From Lytechinus pictus (lineage: Eukaryota): a stretch of DNA of 64,000 nt. The position numbers were made by a program, and so were the translations under genes. A model generated the notes under the pieces. It was not told the DNA's origin and did no database searches. It was given only the letters and a program-made list of their open reading frames with translations. The stretch spans positions 28,148,001 through 28,212,000 of the forward strand of contig NC_087252.1 in the NCBI RefSeq assembly GCF_037042905.1, read 5' to 3'. Below, in pieces: positions 11,406 to 23,913 of this stretch; positions within the stretch are counted from its first letter, which is position 1; every line of letters starts with the position of its first letter.

Positions 11406-12011
11406 ATACAAATACTGAATGTTTATGAGTGCAATGGACAGAATACATCATGAGGTGAAAGATGAAATGATCCATTCAACGAGGCGTAGCCGAGTTTAAT
11501 GGACTATTCATTTCATCTTTCACTGAATGAAGTATTTTATCCATTGCACGAATGAAAAGAGTATTCATTACTTGATTTATATGACACCTACAAATGGATC
11601 CTTTGTCATATGAAATTTATGAATTTTGATGCAAAATATGCCCATGCAGTGCAAGCTTGGTCTGTAGATAGTCTTGTACGTACAACACGTGCGCTGCAAA
11701 CACGAGTGTTTTTACTTGTGGTGCCTGCGGTCTCGATGCGTGGGTGCAATAGACAAGATTGTATGGATACAAAAATTGCACGATGAATGGGTCCAAAATT
11801 GCACCTGTGAGGACTTCATTGTAAAATGGGCGGAATGATCAATAAACAAACAATAATAATAATAATAATAATAATAACATTTGTAGGGCGCTTTATACTG
11901 GTGTTTCAAAGCGCACAGGTTGGCAGATTATATTAATATACAGTCAATCGGTCAAAAAAAAAACAAAAAAAAAAAAAAAAATGATAAGGATCCATCTAGG
12001 TGTCATATAAA
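11406..12011. mobile_element. Related hairpin-TIR element, partial, with an L2/SINE-like (AAT)n tail inserted at ~11852-11917
   Basis: Starts ATACAAATACTGAATG with loop AACGAGGCGTAGCCGAGTT. TTTATATGACACCTA...TGGATCCTT (~11576) is mirrored at ~11987-12011. Confidence 0.5.
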
Positions 12012-12695
12012 TGGTGATAGCTCAACTTGGATATTAGACCAAATGTGTCTAGCCTTACTGGATATTAGAATGGTTTATGGGCTAAATAGCAATTTGTCCG
12101 AGTTCAGAGACAAATAAAGTCATGCGGGAGAAGATAAATGTAGATAAGCAGACAAACTGAGTGTATTTTGTATCTTACCATTAATTTTGGTTGCTCAATC
12201 TGATGAGCGAGACAATGTCTAAGCACCATGAATGCATATCAGTATGTGTACAAGTCCCATATTGTTTATTTTTACTCGAGAGGGACAAATGAAATTCAAG
12301 AAACATGTATTTGTGTTCTTAACCTTGTGTTATTCAGTTTGTGTGATTCGCAAGGGAGGAGGGGGTTACAGTGAAATTCTTTGTGATATTTATATACATT
12401 CGTAATGCCTTTCTTGGTCTTGGGATAGATTAAAGAGGAAGTACACTTTACATGGAATCAAATTGTCAAAAAAAATTTGTAAAGGTCTGACCTCCCCCCC
12501 CCCCCCCTTTTTTTTATTCTTTATATACAAGGTCTGTGTTCTTGCGCTCTATTTGAGAATCTGGTTTCGCCCCTGGAACCTAGAATAATCGATGGGACCA
12601 CTTGGTCATAGAAGACGATGCCTTAACCTGTTGACTACTGGTTACTGTACATCCTGTAGGCTTTGTACAGGGATCACCCGGTTCTAGGAGCCAAT

Positions 12696-13000
12696 GGCCT
12701 GTATTCTGAAGTCGGGTTTAACTTAAACTCAGGTTTAAAGTTGTGGTTTAAGAATGGATAGCCAAATGTTACATAAATCACTAACAGTAGCGATATCATA
12801 TTTCAGCTCATTTGGCTCTCATATCATTCATAATTGTCTAGGAAGTATACAAAGATGGTTGTCTTCACCATCGATGAATCAGAGCACAGTAAACATAAGA
12901 AACATACAACTTAATAAAATTTTGACACTTTTGGCTTCCCATAATTTTAGCACAGAGTTAGACCATGGTCTAAGTTAAACCTGACTTCAGAATACGGGCC
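12696..13000. mobile_element. PIF/Harbinger-type MITE, family A copy 2
   Basis: Same TIRs as 6303-6611, with a 3-bp TSD AAT on both sides. Confidence 0.85.
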
Positions 13001-13195
13001 AATGGGTTAGGAGACCCCTCAAACTGTCTCACCAAGACTTACAGCAAATTGAACTCTGGCATCCTTTCATCTCATCTGTCCAGCTCTCCACTCTCCCCCT
13101 TGTCCTTCTCACTTCCGTCTTCACGTACTCCTTTCTTTCTATCCATCCTTTCTGTCTTCCTTTCATTCTTCATTAACTCTCTTGATCTCTCTTAT

Positions 13196-13544
13196 GGAGC
13201 GTTGCAAGAAACTTAACTTGCGATCAATTGCAAGAAACTTAACTTGTGGTCAATTGCAAGAAACTTGCGATCAATTGCAAGAAATTTAACTTGCGATCAA
13301 TTGCAAGAAACTTAACTTGTCATCAATTGCAAGAAACTTAACTTGCGATCAATTGCAAGTTTATTTTTTGATCCCTAAATCAATCATAACTTTTCAAATT
13401 AATAGCGAATTTGCGATTGATTGCCAATCTCCTTCTTGAAACAAGGAGTGTAATCTGATTTGCTGCAGCTAAAATTGATCTGTCAACTGTAAAATTTGAA
13501 CGGAATATTTGCAATTGATTGCAAATATTTCCTGCGACACCCCC
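13196..13544. mobile_element. Harbinger-like MITE with an internal 26-bp tandem array (13202-13359)
   Basis: TIR-like ends GGAGCGTTGCAAGAAA / TTTCCTGCGACACCCC; about 6 units of TTGCAAGAAACTTAACTTGCGATCAA. Confidence 0.6.
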
Positions 13545-13714
13545 TTTGAGTCCGAGCATTTAGTCATTTTTCACCTTTCTCCCTCTTTCATCCTTTACTC
13601 CTCCTTTTCTCATCCTCTCCCTTTTCCTTTCCTCCTCTTTACTGTCCCATTCGCTCACTCCATCTATGCCTATGTCTCTCTCCCTCTCTCTCTGTCCCTC
13701 TTTTTCTATTTCTG

Positions 13715-13975
13715 TGCCCCGTCTTAAAAAGAGTTGCGATTGATCCGATCAACAACAACTATGGAAAGCCAACAACGTCTACATCTAAAATGCATGTTAT
13801 TTTCTAGATATGACGTACATATTCATAGATTCATTGTTTACTTGACAATTATGTGTGCTTCTCTTTGGTCACAAAGTACATTCTGCAAACTTTCTGAAGA
13901 AAAAAATTATGACTGATGGATATCCATATAGTTGAGATTGATTGGATCAATCGTAAATCTTTGCAAGAGAGGGCC
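13715..13975. mobile_element. Harbinger-type MITE, family B copy 1
   Basis: TIR GCCCCGTCTTAAAAAGAGTTGCGATTGATCC; a homolog in the opposite orientation lies at 51654-51925. Confidence 0.75.
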
Positions 13976-13979
13976 CAGA

Positions 13980-14262
13980 TCCCCTTCTACCCCTTTTTAT
14001 CTCTCCCCAGTCTTTTTCTCCCCCCCCCCCCTCCACTTCCTCCTCACTCTCGCATCCTAGTCATCCTTTCACCTCCCCCTGCCCTTTCTCCCCCCCTCTC
14101 CTTTCTCTCTCCCTCCCATTACCCTCTCTATCTTTTCAGTCTCCTCGCCCTAGTCTCTCTCTCTCTCTCCCCTTCCCTCTTCCCCTCCCCTACCTCTCTC
14201 CCTCTCTCTCACCCAACCTCTTTCTCTTGCCTCTTTGCCCTAACTCTCACTCCACCTCCAAC
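13980..14262. repeat. CT-rich polypyrimidine low-complexity tract
   Basis: Almost pure C/T; similar tracts at ~26690-27000, 32190-32630 and 42770-43040, and a GA-rich one at 45430-45790. Confidence 0.85.
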
Positions 14263-14328
14263 AACAAATAAACTACACTTCTATAAAAGCAACAGACAAA
14301 CTTAAAATTTCACTGAAATCACAAGATT

Positions 14329-14334
14329 TTTAAT
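14329..14334 (-). terminator. Candidate distal SIK poly(A) signal ATTAAA with a GU-rich downstream element
   Basis: The minus strand reads TTTTATTAAAaatcttgtgatttcagtgaaattttaagTTTGTCTGTTGC...GTGTAGTTTATTTGTTGTTGG. It marks the boundary between TE-poor UTR-like DNA and TE-rich intergenic DNA. Confidence 0.5.
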
Positions 14335-16443
14335 AAAATAATGCACAGCCCTAGGGAACTTACTTCCACACATAAATAATCTTTTTGCCTTGTTACTTGA
14401 TTTTACTCTGCGCACAAAATTTGTGATTTTCCAACAAATAGTTCTTAAGTTAATTCAAACCCTTCACCCCCTCCTACGAGCGGCTGGGCCTCTTTTTATT
14501 TACAATGCCTTCTCTAGGCAAACACGCGCAGATATCGACTCCTTCCCACAAATATTCAAAGAGAACAGAAAACTGTTTTTCAAACATCAAAATAAAAGTT
14601 TTCCTCTTCTCAAAATATGTGCACCTTTTTTCCATCTCTTCAATAATTCATTAAGCTGCTTTTGTGGTTAACATTTAAATCCACTTTTTTTTCTAACACG
14701 CTATTTCTCTGAACAATAAATATCATGTGTACAATACTTACACTCACTAACACTGAATTGAACCACTTCCCTTTGTCGGCAAGACTATATAATATAAATT
14801 CAGGTAGTTATTTTATTTTTCTACAACTATTCATAGCAGAGAGTCAAAATATTAAACAATCTGCTTCAAAAATACTATTGCAGGGCTTCAAACACATCTC
14901 CAATTTCAACAAGAATATTTCACTATTCAAATAAACTAGCGATTTATTCAAGTATTAAATTTCAACAAATACAATTCAATTTCAATTAATTATGTTTACT
15001 TTAAGTACATTAATGCACAATATACGACTGGAAAATAGTCTAAATTTGAGTTGCTTTTAAGCTAGCTGTTCCTACAAAAAGGACACAAAACATACATGAA
15101 AATAAAAGTAATTTCAATCAAAATTCTGGCCAATAAAGTGGCAGTGATACACTGATCTCTGAATATTAATTATGGTATCTTAGAGAAGCCAAATACTGTA
15201 TACTACAATAATTAAATATGATTCTTTTATAACCCTTCGAAAAATATAGATTGAATTTTTGTCAAATTCTCTCACAGAGCAGACTTAATATTTTTAAAAA
15301 TTTCAATAATTTGTTTCCACGTAATCACATTTCTCTCTTTTTCACAGTTATTCAACAATTTGTTCATAAAAAAAGATTATGCCATGAAGACATACAATTA
15401 CCCTTCCATCATCTTATTTTCAATTCATTACAAAAATAGCTTTCTTTTACGTCACTGCGATATCTAGAAGGTTGAACTTATATAAGAAACCATTTTTTTG
15501 TTGTTGATTGCCAGTGTCTTTCGGCTCTGTAAATCAATTATAATCATAATCAACTCATGCTTTTCCTTTCATCAGAAAAATGACATAAGGTTCTTGTGAC
15601 AGCCTTATTAGTCGAGTCTACTCGCATTTGGATGATATAAATCTGACTGATTTAGGAGAAGTTCAACTTAAAAGAGGTACAAGTTAACCTGCTTAAGTTG
15701 ACCTTTCCTAAGTCAAATATTCGTGGAGGCAATTTTTGAGACAAGATTATGCAAAACGTGTAATTCATGTGTTGACCGGATTTCCATGGTCCCATTGGAT
15801 ATTTTAGAGCAAGTAATTAAATTCAATGAGAAATACAACTCAAGGGACACAAAAACTGTCTTCTTATAACTGCAGTAGCTTCAAAGTTTTCAAATAAATT
15901 TTGTCGAATTCAATCTCAAATAAAAACAAAAATAACAGCGATCCTATGCAAAATTATGATGTGGCATATCGAACGTTTGACCTCTGAATACATAAACTCT
16001 TTGGCTCTCGAAAAAGAGGTCTTATAACATAGATACCTGTCATTTCGTCAAATGTACAATCCTATTTACATGGTAGTGTGGCTTGCATCGATAAGTGCTT
16101 GTACAACATATCTACCATCGAAATTGTCGAGACAAAACATAAATATTATTTTCTTATTTTTCGCAGTTGACTAACTTATCGTGTAAATCAGGCTCGCAAA
16201 TCATTGCTAAAGAATATGCAGAACACAGCGTATAGGCAACATATCTGCAGCAATGAATAGAACATTGTGGTAATTCACAGAACCTATATCATCTTTTCAT
16301 AAATACATGTAGCTTATTAGCAAGACGTATAACGAAACATAAAAATGACTATCCAAGCTTTCCACGTTACCGGTTTCACAAAGAGTTTTTTTTTTTGGAC
16401 GAGTACTGATCTAAAGGTGGAAACGTGGAATTTCTTGAAATCG

Positions 16444-16579
16444 GGGGAGGTTGCACGAAACAAATGGGTGGTTTTCACTGACTATTGTTATAAGCTACTG
16501 CAAATCCAAGCATTCTGATTGGCTGAGAGTAATTAAATTAGTGAAAATCACTGACAATATGCACCATGAAACACTCCCC
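16444..16579. mobile_element. Short GGGGAG-TIR MITE with a CTGATTGGCT core
   Basis: GGGGAGGTTGCACGAAAC / CATGAAACACTCCCC; relatives at 23382-23544 and 28127-28256, fragments at ~41560-41665 and 49465-49720. Confidence 0.6.
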
Positions 16580-18846
16580 AGAATAGGCCTATTTTACCTA
16601 CAACATTACAATAAAACTGCAGCACAGATATAAAAAACAAGACTTTCCTTTCGCGCCGACCTTTTTCTAACCGATCGACAAGCTGTACCACATACTCGTA
16701 CAAACAACACACAAAAATATAACACATTATGAACATGGGAACTCAAAGTCCCCCCCCCCTCTCTCTCTCTCTCTCTTTCTCTCGCTTTAAAAATATATCA
16801 ATAAATAAATCATCGTTTTTTTCTTGGTTACAAATAAAATGGCAACTGTTTCGAGCAAGCTATATGTCTACTCCAGCAAAATCAAAGCACCAAAATAGCC
16901 GTTATGACGAACATCAATGTAAAGAATCTGTTGCCTCTCGGTATGCTATCAGTAACGACGTCTTCTGTCTTTGTCACAAAGTTTGGTATATAATCCCGAA
17001 TGGCCGTCTCTAAGCGCGTGTCTAAACAACTAAGGGGCTGAGATGGATAAACTATTATCTATACTATACACCCATAGAGGTGCAGTGTATGATAGAGCAG
17101 CAGTGGTAGCACAACAAAAAAGGGGGGGGGGGGTAGGTAACGCGATGGGAACCATGTACATGAAGATGAAAATAACCATCAAATTTTTATTTTATGTTCA
17201 TGGTCAACCACTCCACCAACTTTCTAATTCGTTCCGTGGCCCCCAAATGGGCCTGGAAACAGATGTACGATATTCTTCTAAGATGCAGTGTAACATAGTT
17301 ATCATTTTGAAAATGCAACTTTTACACGAATCCATTTCATCATGGTATCAACGTATCATAATGGGAAATGAAGTGGTTTAAACAGACAGCAACTGCATGA
17401 GTTTCTTACTGGCAGGTCAATGTTCTGTGCCTATTAAACGTTGTATTTGAGTGCATTATCATCCCAAAATCAAACATTAAAACTATACCCAATCAAAGAC
17501 TTTCTTATTGTGCTACATCAGAATACGTGATGCTGATTGGCTAGCGGTGGATGAGCTGGTTGCTATTAGGCCCTGTCTCGCAAATGGCTGTGACTGATCC
17601 CGTCTCTTTGTCAGATGGGGGCCTGATATATCTATTTTAACAAGAGCCATTGAAATTTAATGATTGTTGTTAGAAGATCCAGATCCCCTTCTAATAAAAC
17701 ATCTCATACTCATCATCTTGCTTGGGCATTACCGTAATTACTCACACTTGCGACCATTAAAACAGTCTAAATGCCCTCGGCCATGCCTCGGGCGTGTTGG
17801 AACTGTTCCGAAGGTGCCTTGTGCCCATAATTCTTACTACTTCCCTTCAAGATGTGTATTATTTGTATACTAATTACTCCTGAGTCCTCTGAAATGGTGA
17901 AGCATCACTTATCCAGTGATACAGAATATGGGACTTTCAATGGACGGCACAGTATGATAAAAAATCTACCCCCCTCTCAAAATTCAAAGACAATGAAGTC
18001 AAGCTTTGACGATGCTTAGCTGTGATCTTATCTTTAACAAGAGGAACTTTACTAAACTTTCGGGTAATATAACTTACTATGAACACCATTAAAAGGATAT
18101 AGTAATGCCTATTGTCTAGTAAACAGATATGTGAACATAATATAGAGCAGTGAAAAATAGAGTGCAGTTCGCATATTGTAATTGTATGCATAGAATAAAC
18201 TATTTCAGCTTCAGCATACGTAGCTTTGCAATACATATTCCTATATATGGTAGCCTTTTATAGGCAAATTAAGCCCTCACAAGGGATCCCCCAGAAACTT
18301 TAAGACTGAATAATACATGGCTTTTCTCATTTTGTTTTGCTTAAGCAGGATACTAAAATATGGTATTCATATAGGAAGCAATGTGACTGTTTTCTTCACA
18401 AACTTGTATTTTTCAAATGTGTTTCGTGCTGACAAATATTCAGCTCTAATGCATATATTGAGCAGGCAGTGTGGAAATTAGTTGGGCAGCATACATAAAT
18501 TGCTAAGTAAACTAGTCTTACTTATTTATGAGGACCAATAATGAATCTTCATTCCGTAGGTCGCTACTTTCAAGAAGATCAACAGTCCAATAGAAATTGC
18601 CTCTAAGTCAGACTATTCCTTATTTCTGCAATGTCTATTTTGAGATGAGCTGGCCAGCATGATTTGGGTCACCTTTTTCACAAAACAAACAAAGAGCTAG
18701 CTTTTGCACATCGGTTGACTGCTGACTGTTTAGAGCTACTCTAGTAGTAACGTTTGCCATTCTCAAACTTTGAGGGGATTTGCGAGAAAATTGCAATAAA
18801 TTTTTAGTCAAGTCTGGATCCATCATATATCCTGCCATCGATTGGA

Positions 18847-19340
18847 GGGGGTGTTTCACAAAGCCATTTTAAGTCTGATTAATCATCACTCTTAAATTCG
18901 AAATTGCATGTGGTCTAAAATAATGATAATAATGAGGCATTTATATTGCGCCATCTATATAGAGATAATCTATTCTTAGGTGCATTGTTAATATTATTAT
19001 TATCATTACCCTAGCTTTAGCTCAAGCAGCCTTCGAGCACTCGGTGCATTTCAAGGAATTAATTATGCTGGGTACCCATTCACCTCACCTGGGTTGAATG
19101 CAGCATAATGTGGGTAAATTGTTGCTAAAGGAAAACACGCCATGGCTGGAATTCGAACCCACGTCCCTCTGATTGAGAGACGAGACTCGTAACCATGAGA
19201 CCACGGCAATCATCATGGATTCACAAAATAATGCACCATTGCAATACAAAGACCATGCTCATGGGATATGAGATGTTAACTCTCGTGTTAGAACTCAAGC
19301 ATGACTATAATTCAGACTTAACTCCATGTGAAACGCCCCC
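18847..19340. mobile_element. MITE with GGGGTGTTTCACA / TGTGAAACGCCCC termini, interrupted by a SINE
   Basis: Matching TIRs bracket the SINE at 18919-19207. Confidence 0.55.
18919..19207 (-). mobile_element. tRNA-derived SINE
   Basis: B-box GGTTCGAATTCC, central CAACCCAGGTGAGGTGAATGGGTACC domain and (TTA)n tail; very similar to 39869-40161. Confidence 0.85.
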
Positions 19341-20127
19341 TTTGCCTGTTTTTGCAACAGACAGTGTTCATTCATTTTCAACAACTAAAATCAATCAAGA
19401 CTTGCAATTGAGAATTGTACAACGGATTCTCGCAAACCCCCATCGAATTCTAATAACAGTGACACTTTCACAGGCTGTTTAATTACAGATGCAAATTCAG
19501 TCCATCCCATTCCTTGTCAAACATGAAATACTACTAGCAGAACATCTCTTGCAAAGGACTGAAACAAATAGGGCAGGGATTTAGCATGGCTAACACATAT
19601 TCAAATATTCTCTACCTCACGTAGAAAATAAATCAATTCCTACATGACAAAATCCTGCTTGATTTTTCCCTGGCAAGAGTAAATTTCTTGAGGAATACAT
19701 TGTCTCTTTTTCATCAACGAGATAAATGAACACTGACTTTGGTATGGTTGCTTGGTTAAAATAAAACATTTCTCCTATCAACATTTCTATGATATAATGA
19801 CATTTCAAAATATTATTTACCAAAAAATATGTTTTCTTCTTCTGATCTCTTCTCAAGCCATCCCTGGCTACTGGAAATTGCACCGATTCTGGCAATTGTT
19901 TCCACTTTCTACGACACAATCTTTTCTTCAATAAGTACACTCTGTGGATACATGGGCATATACACGTAATATCCACATACCTCAAATTATTGAGGGTCTA
20001 CACCCAAAAAAATAAAGATCATCATCGATTCACAAAATTCCAAACAAAATCGCTGTACCAGCCAGCACTTCTAAAATGATATCTAAAAAATGAGCTATGG
20101 ATCCACAAAATAGTGGCATAGTCACTG

Positions 20128-21891
20128 CTAGCAGGGAGTGAATGAAAAATTGTTGCCTGCTTGCGACGCTGGCACAGTGACGTCCGAGGTGTCCATGCTA
20201 TCATCGTATGAGGGCGCTTCAAAGTTTTGCGGCACCTGATTTAACGTTGTATCATAATGAAGAGGGGCATTGCTGCCCAGCGATGTTGCCTGGTTGAACT
20301 CATTGTGACATTGAATAAGCGAGTTGTTCAACGAGGAATCGTCGTTGATTGCGTACTGTGGAAGAACGGGGTGCTGCTGCGCTTGCTTGTAGGAGTCGGT
20401 TCTATTGGGAGCGGGAGGGCGCCCTTCAAAGCTGGGCTGCCGTTCCAGCTGCATCCTGCCAAACTGTTGGCTGAGTTGCGACTGCTTCTGGAGTTGTTGG
20501 CGCTTCTGCATTAGCCTTTGCTGCATGAGCGTGCGTTGTAAGGTGCGTTGATTCGGTGCAACCTGGTTCGGGAACTCTCTGGGCATATCCTCAAGACTTG
20601 ATTTGCCAGCAAGGGATGCACTGTGTGTGAGGTGTCCAGGGGGTTCGGTATGACCCCCTTGCTTCATGGCATGCATGCGGTTTTGCCGCCGTTCCATAGA
20701 CTGGACCTGAGCCGGAAAGCGGCGCCACGATACGGATTCTTGTTCCACCTGGCAGGACGGAAGATTTGTCAAGTCAGAATTGTCCTTGCTGACTTCTGTT
20801 AGCTGCTGTCCACTGAATCCAACTATTTGTAATTGATTAGAATGATCAGCTGCAAGACTACACGAATTCATATTCACATTTGTTTTCAGTTGCCTGTCTA
20901 AACTAGCATCTGTGTGTCCTTGTGCTAATGGAGTTGTACTGACCTGTCTATATGAGAGTCCTGTTTGCGCAATGAGCCCGTCAGAGGCTCGTCGACCTTC
21001 TCGGAAGCTGACAGGCGAGTGGCTTCCAGAGCGGTCGAGCGATGCCGAATGATGGAACATTGCCTGTGGTGGTGCAGGTGGGATAATTGGTTCTGCCTGC
21101 TGCTGCGTCAGATCTGGTGAATTGCAATTTGACGGGAACAGTCTATCTGAGAGCGCTTGAACATGGGCGAAGCTCTGCGCAACTTCCATCTCCTCTTGTG
21201 AATCAAACGAAGCGGACAGTTCCTGAGGTTCAATGCCAAAATCACTCAAACTCGGTGCCATGCTTGTTGGTATATCATACGACTCTGCGAGCGAGGGCGT
21301 TCTCTGCGATTTAAAATGTTCTATTGACTCGACCTTCTCCATTTCATTCTCGCTTTCCGGCAAGTCTGCTTCTACACCCTCGTCGATGGATGTCACCACC
21401 ATATGATTTGGGGACATTGAGCGCACTTTTCTGACGTTCATCCTTGGCAGAGGCTCAAGTAACGCCCCACTTACAGCTGGAGGAACCGGAACCATCTCCC
21501 CTTCGCTAAATATACATGTGGTCGGTTGAAGAGGAGGTTCTTTCCTCTTCCGTTGCAAAGCACACTGCGCCGACTCCGACACCATCTGTTGCGTAGGCTG
21601 CTGTATTGGCTGAATCGGTCGGAATCCGAGCATCTGCTGCGAGGTGTTGACGCAAGGTTGTTGTTGGACCTGAATGGCATTCCGTGCATTACTGTTTCGT
21701 TGGTGAGGAGTAATGTTCGTGAGGTTGCCACCGTGAGTTCTCATTATTGCATGATCCGCGATTGAACTTGGTCTACGGCTGCGGCTGTCCACTCTACCTT
21801 CGACCGGAAAACTACATCGATGTAATCTTAACCTCTCAACTAGGAGGTAGTATATGGCTGTGTAGTGATCATAGGCATCTCTCCGTAATGA
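20128..21891 (-). CDS. SIK2: SIK1/2-type salt-inducible kinase, last coding exon (end of UBA plus the C-terminal regulatory tail, 587 aa)
   Basis: Acceptor ttgacAG at 21892-21893, phase 0. Contains SLRRDAYDHYTAIYYLL (UBA), RRPSSIA, TSIDEGVE, SPVSFREGRRASDG and QQRLMQKRQQLQKQSQL, all SIK2-like motifs. Stop TAG at 20128-20130. Confidence 0.92.
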   Translation of the reverse strand, partial: SLRRDAYDHYTAIYYLLVERLRLHRCSFPVEGRVDSRSRRPSSIADHAIMRTHGGNLTNITPHQRNSNARNAIQVQQQPCVNTSQQMLGFRPIQPIQQPTQQMVSESAQCALQRKRKEPPLQPTTCIFSEGEMVPVPPAVSGALLEPLPRMNVRKVRSMSPNHMVVTSIDEGVEADLPESENEMEKVESIEHFKSQRTPSLAESYDIPTSMAPSLSDFGIEPQELSASFDSQEEMEVAQSFAHVQALSDRLFPSNCNSPDLTQQQAEPIIPPAPPQAMFHHSASLDRSGSHSPVSFREGRRASDGLIAQTGLSYRQVSTTPLAQGHTDASLDRQLKTNVNMNSCSLAADHSNQLQIVGFSGQQLTEVSKDNSDLTNLPSCQVEQESVSWRRFPAQVQSMERRQNRMHAMKQGGHTEPPGHLTHSASLAGKSSLEDMPREFPNQVAPNQRTLQRTLMQQRLMQKRQQLQKQSQLSQQFGRMQLERQPSFEGRPPAPNRTDSYKQAQQHPVLPQYAINDDSSLNNSLIQCHNEFNQATSLGSNAPLHYDTTLNQVPQNFEAPSYDDSMDTSDVTVPASQAGNNFSFTPC

Positions 21892-22448
21892 CTGTCAAGA
21901 GAAGAAAAGAATTGAATATTTTTTTTAAATTAAAATATCTAGTAACATATGAATAGGATCACATTTATAATCTCAAATCTCTTGTTGTTGTTGATTAACT
22001 AAATATTTCTCTACTGAATTGAATTTATCCAACAAATTAAAAATCAGAATCAAAAATAATTTTTAATCACAAAGAAGTGAAGAATAATGAGTTAGCACCC
22101 CTAAAAAAAAGCAACAAATTTTATGGGTAAGGTACGTGGTGCCCTATCTATAATCCAAAGTTTCTGTCTCCAAGAGAAACTAAATTTACATTTAAAAAAC
22201 AAAGATGTTCCACATACATTTAATCTTTATAGATAAAAGAATTTGTTGCAAACTAACAGGATAGGTTTTATATGACAACGTTAACGGGAAGTTCATGGCA
22301 GTTTGAACTCGGGATTACTAAATAAACTGGTTGCAGATAAAAATGAAATTTGCCTAAAAAGGTCCAGGGGATAGGACTATTAAACGGGTATAAATTACAA
22401 ATCGACCCATTTAAGGGGCGGTCCACCAAAGACAAGCAAGATTCTTAC

Positions 22449-22666
22449 ATCTACGGTCTTTTGCTGATCGATTCCAAGGCTCTGCATCAGCCTCAGAGCC
22501 TGCTCGTTGAACTCTCCTATGGGCTTGGGGATCTCTGTCACGGGGCTGACTGGTTGGGTAGCAGGCACCCCGCAGTCCGCAAACCACTTGTGGGACTTGA
22601 TCTGGTCGATGGACAGCCTCTTGGCCGGATTGAGGACCAGCATGTGCCGTATCAGGTGCTCGCATT
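22449..22666 (-). CDS. SIK2: SIK coding exon (end of kinase domain plus start of UBA)
   Basis: (E)[27 protein letters not shown]...[23 protein letters not shown]; AG/GTAAGA boundaries; 218 nt. Confidence 0.93.
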
Positions 22667-23093
22667 CTGGATGGGGAGGAACAGGAAGAGGTCAGGTTCA
22701 CTGCATGCGAAAAGCACAAGAGATTGCTTGGCACGGTTTTGACACTTTGCCATCAATTGATTGCATTCATTGAATTGCCATCAATTGCACGTTTCAAACT
22801 ACTGATACAAGCTAATGAAGGAGGCAAGTTCAACGGCTGTGAGCATAGTCGTCATTGATTTATAGCAACCTTTATTGATGGTAAGTCAGCTGAAACAGAT
22901 CAAAGCTCCAGAAACAGAATCTTCCATGTATGAAATACAATGAGAAATTCAAATTTCAAAATACTTTAAAATCTACCTCAATATATTTGGCTATTCACTG
23001 CAGATTGAACTTCTCGATACACAGATGAACATTCCTGGTTGGATGACTTTTAGTCGATCAAGTGACAAAACTCTTCTTATAATTTAGTATTCA

Positions 23094-23544
<451 letters not shown>

Positions 23545-23616
23545 TGAGCTACTTTGGGCTATCTCTTTCACCGAGGCTCTATAAAACATGTCAAAGAAAA
23601 AAGGTATACTCATTAT

Positions 23617-23913
23617 GGACGCGTCGTGGTCTAGTGGTTCTAACTCTCGCCTTTCAAACAGAATGTTGTGGGTTCGAATCCTAGCCATGGCGTGTTTTCC
23701 TTCAGCAAGAAATTTAGCCACACTGTGCTGCACTCGACCCAGGTGAGGTAAATGGGTACCGGCAGGAAGTAATTCCTCAAAAAGCTGTGTGCACCAGAAT
23801 CGGTAGACTAGCTTAGCCGGGGTAATATAGGAGCGCCTTGAGCACCTAGCAAGGTGGATACGTGCGCTATACAAATCCTATATTATTATAATCATTATAA
23901 TTATTATTATTAT
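23617..23913 (+). mobile_element. Full-length tRNA-derived SINE
   Basis: A-box TGGTCTAGTGG, B-box GGTTCGAATCC, central GACCCAGGTGAGGTAAATGGGTACCGGC (MetaSINE-like domain, from memory), and an L2-like tail GCGCTATACAAATCC(TAT)n. Confidence 0.88.

Noticed and set aside
13202-13359. CRISPR-like repeat array
   Set aside because: The units are contiguous with no unique spacers, lie inside a MITE, and are in eukaryotic intron-containing DNA with no cas genes.
20119-20130. Stop-codon readthrough at SIK (TAG CAG TGA) or MRPL41 (TGA CAG)
   Set aside because: A second stop follows within a few codons and there is no targeting motif in the extension; there is no supporting evidence.
20128-21792. 554-aa ORF as a stand-alone gene
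   Set aside because: Its 'start' is an internal GTG (Val). The frame stays open to the acceptor at 21891, so it is the last SIK exon.
23617-23690. tRNA gene (also the heads at ~40090-40161, ~19135-19207 and ~48094-48170)
   Set aside because: A/B boxes are present, but the heads run straight into a SINE central domain and tail, with no proper acceptor stem or terminator.
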